Source: Lama glama
Taxonomy: Eukaryota
Assembly: GCA_028534125.1 (NCBI GenBank)
Contig: CM052816.1
Coordinates: 14,634,001 to 14,698,000 of the forward strand
Direction of reading: 5' to 3'
Length of the DNA: 64,000 nt
Position 1 is the stretch's first letter; each line of letters begins with the position of its first letter. A program made the position numbers and the translations under genes. Positions 37,301 through 58,244 of the stretch are shown piece after piece. The notes under the pieces were generated by a model that saw only the letters and a list, made by a program, of their open reading frames with translations, had not been told where the DNA came from and did not search any database.

Positions 37301-40300
37301 CCTCTGCTTTATTCTCTTTCCCAAGTAAGGACCTAGTTGAATCTTTTCCCCCAGCAAACACTCTTTAGAAGACTGGATTCTTGAGAAGAAAAATTCACAG
37401 AAAAAGGAGGACAGTAAAGGGGAAAAAAAGGCACACCCATGCACCTACAAATAATTATACTTACAACATGGACAACGGATAGTCAGTGGCTAATGACATT
37501 CTCCATGCCTTGGCAATGGCCTCATACCCTGACTTCCCCCCAACTCACTAGACCCCTGTCCCCTTCCTAGCCTCCCTCATGTTCATAGGAGGATGGAAGT
37601 CAGGGGCCCTGTGAAAAAGCCTCGGAGAGAATGTGGGTGTTCATACCTGCTCCTCCACAGCCCCTGCACCGCCACTCTTCATTCAACAGATACTTAGTGA
37701 GCTGCTTTCAGTGCCAGACACAGGGGATACGGCAGTGAATGAGGAAGGCTCTATGAAGCTCAGAGACTGACAGGAGAGATGGGTAATAATTAAGAAAACC
37801 AATACAGCCAGTTCTCGTTATTTGAGGTCGTTATATTCTATGAAGTCACTGAAAACACTGGATCAGTGAATGCTGGACCAGTGGAAACACAAGGTCAGGT
37901 TCCTGGAAAGGTCTGGCATTTTCATCCACTGGTCAACATGTAACCTTGTTTTATGTGTGTTTCTGTTTAAAGATGCTTTATTAAATACATATGGTTGGTT
38001 TGTTCACTTTGAACTCACAGCCAGCAATACTCTAACTCAGCCCTGAGCCAGGCTTATCTGACACAATGTATTTTCTCCACAAGGCGCATCACAGCCTTCC
38101 TGCGCTTCAGCACTTGGGGGCCATTTTAAACAGGGGAATCACCAAAAAAAAGAAACAAAGCACAAGAATGAAAAAAAAATTGTGGCTTTAAGCATACCAT
38201 GAAAATGACACTTATTTACCATACCAGACCTTAGCTGGGATCATGTCCATCAGGCAACTGAAAATTTTTTCCACTCTGCACTTGTTCACAAATGACTACA
38301 GAGGACCACAAGTATTGATTTGGGGGTTCCAAATAAATTTTAGCAAACAGGTAATTTGTAAATACAGAACCCGTGAATAACAAGGACTGAGTGTAATGTG
38401 ATTTCAGACAGTGCTATTTAAAGAGAAAAGTGAGGTGACAGAGAGTGATGGGGCTGCTACGTGTGATAGGGTGGTTAGGGAAGGACCTTCTGAAGATGAG
38501 GGCTGGAGTAGGGACCTGAGAAGCAAGACCGTGGAGGCTGGTTTCTTCCTCTCCTACCCACAACAGCCATGTACCACCTAGTGGGTCATGGATGGGGTAG
38601 TGGGTGAGTGGTGGTGGGTCTTTGGGCAGTGAGCTGAGATGCTTTGTGCTCAGGGCTCCGGCTGGAGGGCGTGTACCGGAAAGGGGGTGCCCGTGCCCGC
38701 AGCCTGCGGCTCCTGGCTGAATTCCGGCGAGATGCCCGGTCAGTGAAGCTCCGACCAGGGGAGCACTTTGTGGAGGATGTCACCGACACGCTCAAACGCT
38801 TCTTCCGGGAGCTTGATGACCCCGTGACCTCTGCACGCTTACTGCCTCGCTGGAGGGAGGCTGCAGGTACTCCTAAGATTTCTAGGAGCTCCTCACGGGC
38901 AACCAAGACCCAGTCAGGAACTCTACCCTCCCCTCACAGAATCCCGGAGGCCCCCTTGTGAGATTGGGTAGCTCCCCTCCCCAGAACTCCTCCCACTGAA
39001 AGATCTCCCTCAGCTCAGGGCAGAGTTGGGAGGGAGCAGTGACACATCCATCTTGGGTTTGTGTCTCTAAAAATCCCTCCACTGTCCTTTCCCTGATCCT
39101 GTCTGATCCTCGCCCATTACATCCACAGAGCTGCCCCAGAAGAATCAGCGCCTGGAGAAATACAAAGAAGTGATTGGCTGCCTGCCACGGGTCAACCGCC
39201 GCACATTGGCCACCCTCATTGGGCATCTCTATCGGTCAGTCCAGCCAGACCCCCTGCAGACTCCCTCACTGACCCTTCGTCACCTGTGTCCCCCTCCCCC
39301 GCTCACATTCACTCATGCATCACACAGACAGTTGTTAAGTGACGATGTCACGGCATAAAATTTCATAGTATAGACTTTGGGGTCAGATAGATCTAGGCTT
39401 AAATCTGGCTCCACTATTCTAGCGTGTGCCTTTGGGTAAGTTATTTGCTCTCTCTGAGCCTCGGTTTCCTCATTTGTAAAAGGAAGCAGTAGCTCACCTC
39501 CTAGGTTATATAAAAATTAAATGATATAATCCTTGTAAACTTTTTACTGTAACAGCTGGCATTTACGTAGTAAGTGTTCAGAAATGGTGAGCCATCAGTA
39601 TTATTTTGTTTTATTATTGTATATATTTTGTTTTATTATTCCATGCCAGGCAAAGGACTAGATGTTGGATACACAGGGAAGAATAAGATGCAGATCTACC
39701 TTTACCAGTCTGTCGGGGAGACGGAGTTTTAAATGATTTAGGCTGAACCCCAGCTATGCTGTACTGATTACACTATATCACAGGGACTGGACAACTATGC
39801 CTGTGGGCCATATCCAGCCTGTTACTTATTTTTGTAAAGTTGTGTACATAAAATGTAAAGCCATGCCCATTCACTTACATGTTTTTCATGGTTCCTTTCA
39901 CACTACAACAGCAGAGTTGAGGAGCTGTGACAGACTGTATAGCCTGAAAGCCTAAAATATTTACTATCTGTCCCCTTACATAAAAAATTTGCTGACCCCT
40001 GTTTATAAGTTTGTCTCTTCCCTAGACTGGGAGCACGTTGAGGATTGTGTCTAACTCACTGCCGTATCCCAAGTGCTTCACCCAGGGCCTGGCATCCAGT
40101 AAGGACTTAGTAACGTTTTCTGAATGAATGGATAGGTCAATGAATGAGTGAGCAGAAGCTTGCATCCCTCATGACCCTCACACCCCTCTGCAGGGTGCAG
40201 AAGTGTGCAGCTCTGAACCAGATGTGCACGCGGAACCTGGCCCTGCTCTTTGCACCAAGCGTGTTCCAGACGGACGGGCGTGGGGAGCACGAGGTGCGGG

Positions 40301-43300
40301 TGCTGCAGGAACTCATCGACGGCTACATCTCTGTCTTTGATGTAAGCTTTCCTGACATTTGACCTCCAGTCCATCTTCCTGAACTCTGGATCATGCTTAC
40401 CCCAACAAGTGCCCAGCCTAGCCCTCTGAAGGCCTCAGGAAAATCTCCCAGAGCCCTGGGCCCCAATCTCCTGTAACCTTCTCATAACGCCCTTGCCCCA
40501 TTGGTTCTTAGCTCTTCTGGCCTCTAACCCCCTCCTATAGGCACTCTGGTCTTACATACCTCTCCCTGCTTCCCTCCTTTCCTAGCACCCACCCCACCCC
40601 ATGCACACACTCCCTTTTGGCTCTTCTGCAGATTGACCCTGATCAGGTAGCCCAGATCGACTTGGAGGTCAGTCTTATCACCACCTGGAAGGATGTGCAG
40701 GTAACTTGCCCTGACCCTAGACTCCTGAGTGGGCCAGAAGGGGACATCAAGATAGGAACTTCTGCTCCTGGACACTGACCTTCTGCTCCTGGACACTGGC
40801 CCTCAGCTCTCTGGGACACAGGAAACCCAAAGAGAGGAGCGCTTTAGGAAGGGGGTTTGGTTTAGGATTTATTCCATAATTCCACCATGAAGATTCCTCA
40901 TTATACAGTGGTTGCAGGCATACTTCAGTTCCATGTGTAAGCGATTCAAGGAAGAGTTAGCTAAGTTAGACCAAGAGGTGAGAATAGTAATAAATACAGT
41001 AGCCAACAGCTGAGGGCTTATTATATTCCAAGTACCTGTAATCTCACTTTAGCATCACATAACTCCATGAGGTCGGTAGTCTGATGTCTTCAAATAAAGA
41101 AACTGAGGTTTGGAGGCTTCCTTATTCAAGGTCATACTGTAGCGAGTGGCAGAGTTCGAACTCATACAGTTTGACTCCAAACCTGTCTTCCCAAGCACTA
41201 CTGCGCTGCCTTGGGAAGCTCCGTACACAGTCCCGCCATGCCTAGAGTTTTTTTTCTCTTTTAAAGGCCTGAGCAATGTTGAGCGTGAGGGTTGGAAGGA
41301 GAGTTCTGTTGGGGAAGCGCTCATGAGGCAGCCTGGGGAGTCCTCTGACCTTGATTCTTTGCACCCTTTGTGTCCTCCTGTTTTCTCTACACCTCCCCTC
41401 AGCTGTCCCAGGCTGGAGACCTCATCATGGAGGTTTTCATTGAACAGCAGCTCCCAGATAACTGTGTCACCCTGAAGGTCAGTCCTGAGGGGACCGGAGG
41501 GGAGATGAGAGGATGAAGGTGGGCAGGGGCATCGGCCTGACTGGCGTAGGTCATCCGCTCTTGCCCTGACCCCAGGTGTCCCCGACACTGACTGCCGAGG
41601 AGCTGACTAACCAGGTACTGGAGATTCGGGGGACAGCAGCCGGGACGGACTTGTGGGTGACATTTGAGATTCGAGAGCACGGGGAGCTTGGTGAGTATGA
41701 CCATGCACATGTGCGTGTGTGTGTGGCGCGGGGTGAAAGTCAGCAAGACTTCGGACTTACCAAATACAATGGACACTGTCCTCATGCATGTGAGGGGTCA
41801 TTCTACACGGCTGGTCACTCCCTCTTTCTCAATACTCTCTGATCTCTTGGCTTTCGTGGACCTCACGAACCCTTGGGTTCCCTTCCACCTCAAAGGAGGC
41901 TTCTCTTTCGCCTCTGCCCAGACTCCAAATGTTGGAGAGACCCAGGGCTCAATCCTCGACTCTTCCTTCCTCTGTCTACGTTTCTCCTCGGATGAGCTGG
42001 TCCACTCCCATGGCTCTAAATGCAATTAATAAACTTGCCTCCACATTCTTCTCTCTCCTCCAAGCTCCAGATTCACGTATCCAGCTGCCTACCTGACACT
42101 TCCACTGGTCCATCTCATAGCATCTCAAATTTAAAAAGTCTAAGATTAGGGGGGAGGGTATAGCTCAACTGGTAGAGTACATGCTTAGCATGCACGAGGT
42201 CATGGGTTCAATCCCCAGCACCTCTTCTAAAAGTAAACAAATTTAATTACCTGCCCCTACTGAAATAAAGTGATTAAATAATACAATAATAAATAAAATA
42301 TTAAAAAAAAATAAAAAATAAATAAAACGTCTAAGATCAAACTCAGTTTCCAGCCCCTTCCCATAAGAAAAAGCTGGAGCCATTTCCTAGTTTCCCCTAA
42401 CTCAGTCAGTGCACCACCATTCACCTAGACACTTGGGGGTCCTCTGGGTCTCATCCCTTTCCTTCGTCTTCATACCCAACCCAGCCAACCAGTGCTCCAG
42501 TCTGAGTCTTTCCCTTCTCTCCATCTCCACCATTACCACCACTCTAGTTGAAGTCACCGTTATCTTTCTGTTCCCCCATATCAACCACTAAAATGTATAG
42601 CCCCAGAAAGGGAGTTGCTGGCCAGTGTTCCATTCTTGCCTCTTGGCAATCCATTTTTCCACCCAGGGGTCACTGAGCACTTCAAGCATAAATCAGATCA
42701 TGCCATTCCCATAGTTAAAACTTTCCAGTGGCTTCCCATTGAACTTAAAACTCAAATTCCTTATTATGGCCCACAAGTCCCTGAATGTCTGGCTCTTGCT
42801 TATTTCTCAGACTTCATCTCACGTACCTTACTGTCTTCACTCGAGCCACACTGGCTGTTTAATTCCTCAAGCACATCTTTCCTAACTCAGGGCCTTTGTT
42901 GTTGCATTTTGTCATGCCTGAAGTCTTCCCCCGCACCCCAGCCCCCCAATTTCAGCATGGCTGCATCTTCCTAATCCTTCAGGCCTCTGATTGATCTTCA
43001 AATGTCTCCTCTGAAGGGACTTGCCTAATCACCCTATTTAAGTAGCTGCCCTGTTACTCTCTCTCAGCTTCTTATTGCTTCTTTCAAAATCATGGTTTGT
43101 CTGTAATTACCTCGTTTACTTTGCCCTCTCACAAAGCTGTGGGCTTCGTGAAGGCAGGATGTGTGTTTCAGGCTCAATGCTATATCTCTGGGGCAGCCAG
43201 TGCCTGGCATAGTCAGTGTTAAATGAATGTCTATGGCTGGATGGTGGGATGGATGAATGAATAACTGGTGGGTGAGGAGTGGGGGCTCCAGGCTGGGGAT

Positions 43301-45797
43301 GACTATCTGGTTGATGATACTCACCCCGACTTTGCCCCCTTAGAGCGGCCACTGCACCCCAAGGAAAGGGTCCTAGAGCAAGCCCTACAATGGTGCCAGC
43401 TCCCAGAGCCCTGCTCAGCCTCCTTACTCTTGAGAAAAGTCTCTCTGGCCCAGGCCGGCTGCCTCTTCACAGGTGAGCCTCCTTCTTCAGCCCAGCACCC
43501 CCTAGGCCTCTCCCCGGGACCCTCCACCTAGCACTGCCCATCTGTGTCCAGGCATCCGGCGTGAGAGCCCGCGGGTGGGGCTGTTGCGGTGTAGGGAGGA
43601 GCCGCCTCGCTTGCTGGGAAACCGCTTCCAAGAGAGGTTTTTTCTGCTGCGTGGCCGCTGCCTGCTGCTGCTCAAGGAGAAGAAGGTGGGCGGGGCGAGG
43701 GCGGGGTCAAGGGAGTGGGGAGCGCCGGGAGGCTGCGTGGGAGGAGCCAGGACTGCACCGACCCTCTCACTCCACAGCCCACGTTCTCATCAATCTCATT
43801 GCTCCCCGGCCCTTTGTCCTCTGTGACCCTTTGACCTCACACAACCCCAGTCCTTCTGTGGCTTCTGGACCTCCTTAACCATGATCCTTCTTTCTCACCT
43901 CTCAACCTCACTAACTGCCTTCATGTTCTCAGAGCTCTAAACCAGAACGGGAGTGGCCTTTGGAAGGTGCCAAGGTCTACTTGGGAATCCGGAAGAAGTT
44001 CAAGCCTCCCACCCCGTGAGTTTTCTTCCCCAGTCCACACTCCTAGACCCTTCCTGCGGTCACCCCTCTGCCTTTCTGATCCACCCATCACTGTTGTCTG
44101 CCTCCCAGGTGGGGCTTCACGCTGATCCTGGAGAAGATGCACCTGTGAGTATCTCTCTGCCTGGTTTCTCCTCTGGCCCAGCTGGGTTCCCTGTCTTCTA
44201 CCTCCTCGCTTTTTCTATCCTCCATCCCTCTAGTTGTGACACCCTCCTCTCCTGATTCCCCTCTGATCACCCCCAGCTACCTGTCCTGCACTGACGAGGA
44301 TGAGATGTGGGACTGGACCACCAGCATCCTCAAGGCCCAGGTGAGGGAAGAAGAGAGCTGAGGGCAAAGTCTGTGGGCCCGGCTCTACCCCTCAGTACCT
44401 CCCATGCCCACCAGCACCAACCCCTCACCCTCTCTCCAGCACGATGACCAGCAGCCAGTGGTATTACGACGCCGTTCCTCCTCTGACCTCGCCCGTCAGA
44501 AGTTTGGCACCATGCCTTTGCTGCCCATCCGTGGGGATGACAGTGGGGCCACCCTGCTTTCTGCTAACCAGACCCTGGTGAGGTCCCCCTGGCCTGCTCT
44601 GACCCCCTCCAGATCCCTGCCCATGCCCTGGCCACAGCGCAGGAGGGAGTGTCATGCCTGCCAGCCTGGTGCCCCCCTCTGCCTTCTCTGTGCCCCCACG
44701 CTCCACCCTTACCTCTTGTTGCCAGGCCTCACTGTGTCTCTGTGTCTCTTTGTCTCTCCCTCCCTGCATCCCCACCCTACCTGTGCCCAGCGGCGACTTC
44801 ACAACCGGAGGACCCTGTCCATGTTCTTTGTGAGTACTGTGCCTGTCCCAGCTGTGTGCCTGTCAACCCTGTGTCCCTCTGTGCCACCTGAGCCGTTGTG
44901 CTCTCTGCATTTGTCCTGATGCAGGCCTTCAGTGAGTGTGTGTGCATGTGTTGGGACCAGAAGGAATGAGGAAAACAAGGGATAGTAAGATGTGGTGAGG
45001 AAAGGGGGAAGTGGCCACAGGATCTGAGAAATAGAAAGGAAGTGGTTAAGTGAATGCATTTTAGAGGCAGACAGACCTGGGTTCAAGCCCCAGCTCTGCC
45101 ATTTACTTACTGTATGATCTTGGGCAACTTACTTCACCCCCTGTACCTCAGCTCACTCCCCGGCAGTGTAACCATCATTCAGAGTTGTTTTTGACATCAT
45201 ATGTGCCAAGTATTTTGCAGCATCTGGTCAAGAGGAAGAGCTCAAAATATGTTAGCGATTAATAACCTAGTAACTCTGACTCTGCCTGCCTCCTGCTACC
45301 CCGTTCCCATCCAGCCGATGAAGTCATCCCAGGAGTCTGTGGAGGAGCAAGAGGAACTAGAGGAGCCTGTGTATGAGGAGCCAGTGTACGAGGAAGTGGG
45401 GGCCTTCCCCGAGTTGACTGAGGACACTTCCACCTCCTTTTCCACCACCAGGGAGCAGACAGCCAAGCCAGAGACCCCCCTCACCAACCAGAGGGCCTTT
45501 GACCAACCCCTTCTGACCAAGGCAGGCCCCCTGGGCTGGGAGGAGAGACCGCCTGAGCCCCCTCCAGGCCCCCCTTCAAAGAACCTCCAGGCACGTGGGT
45601 CCCTAGAGGAACAGCTGCTCCAGGAGCTCAGCAACCTCATTCTGAGGAAGGGAGAGACCACCGTAGGCCTGGGCAGCCCCTCTCAGGCCTCCAGCCCCCA
45701 ACCTTTGAGCCCCAGCAGCCTTCCAACACAGACGCCTGGCTTCCCCACCCAAGCTCCCTGTGCTTCCAGTCCACCCCGCAGCCAGCCCCTCACATGA
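25325..45797 (+). CDS. ARAP3: Arf-GAP with Rho-GAP domain, ANK repeat and PH domain-containing protein 3 (spliced, 32 coding exons, 1544 aa)
   Basis: GT-AG exons in continuous frame: 25325-25848, 25964-26025, 26134-26245, 29563-29763, 29907-29976, 30241-30361, 30451-30635, 30714-30820, 31068-31267, 31366-31451, 31602-31784, 31942-32077, 32704-32820, 33279-33426, 33540-33642, 35448-35667, 36368-36431, 36654-36817, 38654-38866, 39129-39234, 40194-40341, 40632-40700, 41403-41477, 41576-41690, 43344-43472, 43552-43685, 43933-44015, 44109-44144, 44277-44340, 44440-44577, 44791-44829, 45315-45797. Total 4635 nt = 1544 aa + stop. Domains seen: N-terminal SAM (MAAPQDLDIAVWLATVHLEQY), PH (SGWLDKLSPQGNYVFQRRFV), ArfGAP zinc finger CADC-x16-CKQC-x4-R, RhoGAP (EGVYRKGG), RA domain, C-terminal EEPVYEEPVYEEV. 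Confidence 0.97.
28070..28163 (+). mobile_element. tRNA-Ala-derived camelid-type SINE
   Basis: GGGGAGAGGGTATAGCTAAGTCGTAGAGCACATACTTAGCATGTATGAGGTCCTGGGTTCAATCCCCAGTACCTCC, poly(A) tail, flanking GGTTTTT direct repeats. Confidence 0.85.
28472..28631. mobile_element. MER5-like hAT-Charlie MITE
   Basis: Inverted termini AGTGGTTCCT...AGGAACCACT; internal CCTGGGGAACTTTT..CAGATGCCTGGACCCC. Confidence 0.7.
29300..29441 (-). mobile_element. tRNA-Ala-derived camelid-type SINE
   Basis: + strand GGAGGTACTGGGGATTAAACCCAAGACCTCGTGCATGCTAAGCATGTGTTCTACCACTGAG with upstream AATTAGGTTTATTTATTTA tail. Confidence 0.85.
32975..33200 (+). mobile_element. MIR SINE
   Basis: TTGGGCAAGCTACTC..CTGAGCCTCAGTTTCCCCATCTGTAA..TACCTACCTCATAGGG. 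Confidence 0.7.
35765..36000 (+). mobile_element. MIR SINE
   Basis: CTAGCTGTGTGACCTTGAACAAGTTACTTAACCTCTCTGTGCCTTAGTTTCCTCA. Confidence 0.75.
37805..38393 (-). mobile_element. MER82-like TcMar-Tigger DNA transposon
   Basis: Flanked by TA on both sides; degenerate TIRs CAGCCAGTTCTCGTTATT / AATAACAAGGACTGAGTG; AGTATTGATTTGGGGGTT..AAATAAATTTTAGC. Confidence 0.7.
39781..40001 (+). mobile_element. MER58A-like hAT-Charlie MITE
   Basis: CAGGG..AACTATGCCTGTGGGCC...AAAGCCTAAAATATTTACTATCTG...AAAATTTGCTGACCCCTG. Confidence 0.8.
41860..43262 (+). mobile_element. L2 LINE in ARAP3 intron 25
   Basis: CCCAGGGCTCAATCCTCG..., TATCCAGCTGCCTACCTGACA, AAATCAGATCATGCC, and 3' end CAGTGCCTGGCATAG...GATGAATGA. 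Confidence 0.7.
42149..42323 (+). mobile_element. tRNA-Ala-derived camelid-type SINE nested in L2
   Basis: GGGGGAGGGTATAGCTCAACTGGTAGAGTACATGCTTAGCATGCACGAGGTCATGGGTTCAATCCCCAGCACCTC, long A-rich tail, 16-bp TSD AAAAAGTCTAAGATTA/AAAACGTCTAAGATCA. Confidence 0.88.
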
Positions 45798-46321
45798 CTC
45801 TGGGACCAACAGTCCGAGGGGGTAGGTAACCAAAGACCCAAGCTCTCTCCATGGCAGACACTGCTGGGAGCATCCTCTGCCCTGGCTGGAAAGACTCTAG
45901 AATCCAGTGTGGGGCTGTGGAAGGACTAACGGCTCCGGAGGCTGTGTCCTGCTCAAAGACAGCCAGGTCATGGCGTCTTTCTGGGCCACTGCTGACTTAT
46001 CTGTACCATGAAGTAACCGAACAAGGAGAGAAGTGAACATCAAACTGTTTCCAGCACTGTAAGCCCCACATGGTTTCCCACAATAAGGGCAACTCCTGCT
46101 TTATACATTTGATATGTAGGGGTTCTGAGAGAGATTTGGGGTTTAAAAAGAATGGTTTGACTGCATTAATGAACAATTTGGAAGCCAGATATCTGAATGA
46201 TCTCCAAGTTTATCGTACCCCACCTTCAACATTCAGGGACTACAGTGAAGCCCCTGAGTGAGGAGATTAAAGGGGGTTGTGAACTGGGGCAAAGAGGAGC
46301 CAAAAAAGATGGGTCACTGTT

Positions 46322-46327
46322 AATAAA
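46322..46327 (+). terminator. ARAP3 polyadenylation signal AATAAA
   Basis: First canonical AATAAA after the stop (~525 nt downstream), followed by T-rich sequence. Confidence 0.7.
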
Positions 46328-46357
46328 TTTTGGGACCAAAAGCTCGCCATTCTTCTT

Positions 46358-47400
46358 ATTCATTCATTCAATCAATCATTCAACAATTATATACTGGACA
46401 CCTAACTGGTGACAAGTATTGGGGATATAGTGTTGAACAAAAGAGATGAGGTCCTTGCTACAATGGAGTTTCCATTGTAGAGGAGGAACAGAAATTACAC
46501 AAAGAAAATCAGTGCTGTGAAGAAACAAAACCAAAGTGATGTGCTTGTAGAGGGAGAAGGCCTCTGTGAAGAGATGAAATGTAAGGGTAAGAAGCCAAGC
46601 AGGTGGAGGGCTGGGAGAAGGAACACTACAGAAGGAAAGGGAAAGCAGTAGGCATGAAGGCATTGGGAAGAGACTTGGCCTTTTAGGGGAAGAGCAAGGA
46701 GGCTGGAGTGGCTGGAGCACAGTGAGCAGGGAGCAGGGGAGAAGAGTTGGGCTGAAGGGGGAAAGATCGGCAGGGGCCCCATCACGCATAGCCTTGTGTG
46801 CCGTGATTTTATTCTGAAGTATTGAGCTTTAAGGAAGAGAGTGATGAGATCTTATTTCCTTTTTTAAAAAAGGTTGATCACTCTGGCTGTTTTGTGCACC
46901 ATGGGTTATACAGGGAAGACTGGAAGCAAGAAGACCAGATATCAGATGAGGAGACTGATAAAGGGAGTTTGGGTCAGGCTGATGGTTCTGGAAGTTGAGA
47001 GAAGATGATCAGTAGGAGATCTTTTTTAGAAGTAGAACTTATAGGATCTGTTGATGGATGGAATGTGGGGGCAGGAGGAAGGGCACACTGACTCTGGGTT
47101 TCTGACTTTCTTACCTGGATAGAGTGGTGTCATTTAGTATATTACCTGGGGGAGGTGACCGGGGAAGGATCAGACTGAAGGAGCCATTTTAGAAGTTTGA
47201 GATACAGGGGGAAGGGGGAAAGCTCAGTAGTAGGTCCTGGGTTCAATCCCCAGTACCTCCATTTAAAACAAAAAACAAACAAAAAAAATAGTTTGAGGTA
47301 CTTACTTAAATAAGTGTAGTTGTCAGGGAGCTGTTGGAAATGTGAATCTAGAATTTGGCGCCACAGATAACTGCTTCTTCCAAGTCAGGGGTGTGATGAG
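46358..47400 (-). mobile_element. L2 LINE between ARAP3 and FCHSD1
   Basis: Begins TTCATTCATTCAATCAATCATTCAACAA (L2 tail), followed by typical L2 body. Confidence 0.7.
47207..47288 (+). mobile_element. Internally deleted camelid-type SINE
   Basis: AGCTCAGTAGTAG joined directly to GTCCTGGGTTCAATCCCCAGTACCTCC; A tail; TSD AGTTTGAGATAC/AGTTTGAGGTAC. Confidence 0.8.
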
Positions 47401-47779
47401 GAGATGTGGGCCACAGATGGGTGAGGAGGAAGAGGAAAGGGTGTGCATATCGTCAGAAAGCAGTGCAAGTCCTGGGGTGCAGAACGTTAAGGGCAGACCC
47501 CAGATGTGATCGAGTCTTTGTGGGTTGCAGCCGCCTACTCTCGTCTCCCAGCTCACACTTACTCGCTGGTTTCTTTCCATTTGCCTGGTGTGTACCTGTG
47601 TTGTCCTCTGGCACTGGCTCCTTCCTGGCTCCAGGCGTCTTTCTCACCCTCGCTCACTCTGGCTTTTCCAGTTCTGTGGGAATTGGGAAAAGGTCTGGGA
47701 CCAGCCCTGTTTCCCTCATCAGATGCATCTTCGCTCAGGCATCCAGTGATTCAGTTTCCCTGGTCACAGACTGAGTTCC

Positions 47780-57139
<9,360 letters not shown>

Positions 57140-57604
57140 AGCCAGGGGGAATCACTGTCCCCCAGTGATGCTGCTGCCCCCATCTCCGTGCTATCAGAGA
57201 CCTCCCCCTCCCAATGATCTGGAGCGACACAGCCAAAAGCTGGAATCTCCTCCATTTCCATTCTCACCTTCAGGGGTAGAAATTTCCCCTATCCCCATTT
57301 CTGGGGCTGGAACCCACTCCTTTTTTCCCATCATCCTCCTGCCATCTCTAGGGCTGAAACTACCCTCCTTTCTCTTCTGCTACCACCCCATCTCTAGAGT
57401 GGTGGAATCTCTTGAAATCTCTGGGGCTGGAATTCATCCCCCAGAGTCTTGAGTGGCTCTGGCTCATCTGTGTCTCCACCCTGGTTCTGTAAACCACCCC
57501 TAGTCCAGATGCCAGAGCCACTGGGGTTGGGGGTGGGGACAGGGTCAGGCCTGTCAGAAGGAGCTGAAGCCAGTATGCCAAGCAGTTGTAATGGTCTGAG
57601 CGGA

Positions 57605-57610
57605 TTTATT
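57605..57610 (-). terminator. RELL2 polyadenylation signal (TTTATT on + strand)
   Basis: First minus-strand AATAAA downstream of the RELL2 stop. Confidence 0.7.
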
Positions 57611-57617
57611 GACAGTG

Positions 57618-57623
57618 AATAAA
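57618..57623 (+). terminator. FCHSD1 proximal polyadenylation signal AATAAA
   Basis: First AATAAA after the FCHSD1 stop (~480 nt downstream); GT-rich GGGTCTCTTGTG follows. Confidence 0.65.
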
Positions 57624-58244
57624 GGGCACGAAGCCCAAGCCAGGGCCTGGGTCTCTTGTGCCAAGAGGGCAGGGGATCTAAGGTGCTATTGCTTTAAGGG
57701 CCCACCAAGGGCAGGGGCCTGCTCCCAGCCACCACGCTCTAGCATATGGAGTGAGGGAAGGCAGGTCACGCGGCCTCCTGGCAGGCAGGGGAAGGCGAAG
57801 AGACTAAGGGCCCAGAGTGGGGTGGGGGGACTTCTCCCAAGGTCCCCCAGCCTGAGACCATGCAACTCCAGGTGGAAGTAGGGCTGGTCCCTCAGCTCGG
57901 GGGCAGTGCTGTCCAATGGAGAGGAGGGGCTTCGTGCCTACCCACCCCTTGGCCCTGCCAGCTGGTAGTCCATCAGCGCAGTGAAGAAGCAGGCTTGGGG
58001 GAGAGGAAGGGTGACAGTGTTGCTTCCTATTCAAGTTGTGTCCCTTCTTTTCCCCAGGCCTTCCCTAGCCCCTGGAGCCCATGCCCACCCCCCCCACCCC
58101 CCCACACACCAAACCAAGGAATCTGTACCAAAGGCTAAGCCTGCAGTTTACCCTGGGGGTCAGGGAGCCCATGGGCTTAGGTAGTTTAAAGTTGGGGGGG
58201 TGGGAGGAGGAGATTATCTGACCTGGGGCCCAGGCAGACTCACC

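Larger units (their letters stand above)
57585..57993 (-). other. RELL2: RELL2 terminal non-coding 3'UTR exon (3' end approximate)
   Basis: Donor G|GTGAGT 1 nt after the stop (58244/58243). Pyrimidine-rich acceptor CCTTCCTCTCCCCCAAG| at 57994. Minus-strand AATAAA at 57610-57605. Confidence 0.6.

Noticed and set aside
37110..37520. Unique-looking intronic block as a possible snoRNA or hidden exon
   Set aside because: No convincing C/D or H/ACA box arrangement or splice-site pair found by eye.
40759..40800. 21-bp tandem duplication in ARAP3 intron 23
   Set aside because: Simple local slippage 58 nt from the donor with no evident motif.
42149..42225. Apparent tRNA-Ala(AGC) gene (also at 13925, 18565, 28070, 29360)
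   Set aside because: Stem mismatches, A-rich tails and target-site duplications show these are SINE copies, not tRNA genes.
45360..45395. Duplicated EEPVY EEPVY motif in the last ARAP3 exon
   Set aside because: Known tandem phosphotyrosine motif of ARAP3, not novel.
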